A stretch of DNA of 64,000 nucleotides from the human T2T-CHM13v2.0 reference genome, Homo sapiens: NCBI RefSeq assembly GCF_009914755.1, contig NC_060943.1; one strand, 5' to 3'. The position numbers were made by a program, and so were the translations under genes. The notes under the pieces are model-generated. The model was given only the letters and a program-made list of their open reading frames with translations, made no database searches and had not been told where the DNA came from. Positions 63,194 to 64,000 of the stretch are shown here, piece by piece; position 1 is the first letter of the stretch; every line of letters begins with the position of its first letter.

Positions 63194-63325
63194 ATAGCCA
63201 CATAAACATGTTTCCCTTAGTTTAGAAGGGAAAAACAATTTTCTGGAGATATCAAGGGCTGTGTCCCCACCGCAAGTCAATGCTTTTTGATGATCCTAAG
63301 GACCTAATCAAGAGAGTTTCCTTGA

Positions 63326-63604
<279 letters not shown>

Positions 63605-63801
63605 TGAACTCCTGGGCTTAAGTAATCCACCCCACTTGGCCTCCCAAAATGTTGGGATTACAGACATGAGCCGCCATGTTCTGCTGAGTCTCTGACTTTA
63701 GAGGAAACTTTCAGTGAAAGGAGCGTACCCCATAAGTGTATATATCTACTATATACCCACAAAAATTCTTTTAAAAAGTTAAAGAAAGGAGTGATAAGGT
63801 G

Positions 63802-64000
63802 TGTGATGGTTAATACTGAGTGTCAACTTGATTAAACTGAAGGATGCAAAGTATTGATCCTGGGTGTGTCTGTGAGGGTGTTGCCAAAAAAGATTAACAT
63901 TTGAGTCAGTGAACTGAAGGAGGCAGACCCACCCTCAATCCGTGTGGGCACCATCTAATCAGCTGCCAGTGTGGCTAGAATACAGCAGGCAGAAGAAATT
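63802..64000 (+). mobile_element. MLT2-type LTR, 5' part truncated by the window edge
   Basis: Highly similar to 194-390. Confidence 0.8.

Overview
This is human (primate) genomic DNA that I recognise as the 19p13.1 EGF-TM7/OR7 region. The minus strand from about 1,255 to 26,100 carries the 5' two-thirds of ADGRE2 (EMR2). Thirteen coding exons were mapped by GT-AG boundaries, from the ATG at 24,300 through five EGF exons and the stalk/GAIN exons to the GPS exon. The 7TM exons lie outside the window to the left. An intact OR7C1 coding exon lies at 46,729-47,691 (-). A TMEM167A processed retrocopy with an intact 72-aa ORF, poly(A) tail and target-site duplication (TSD) lies at 39,821-40,522 (+). 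The rest is mostly Alu, L1, LTR and simple repeats, and most of the ORF track is repeat-derived noise. The most notable observations are: EGF3 carries the CD97 (ADGRE5)-type residues, suggesting a gene-conversion allele; the EGF2-EGF3 intron holds candidate fossil exons, one bracketed by an inverted duplication; an L1 has a 97-bp TSD next to an Alu-derived 5'UTR exon; there are several templated micro-duplications; and there is a 1.5-kb polypyrimidine tract. I see no evidence of a wholly new biological system. Reference-protein comparisons and repeat subfamily names are from memory and need database confirmation.
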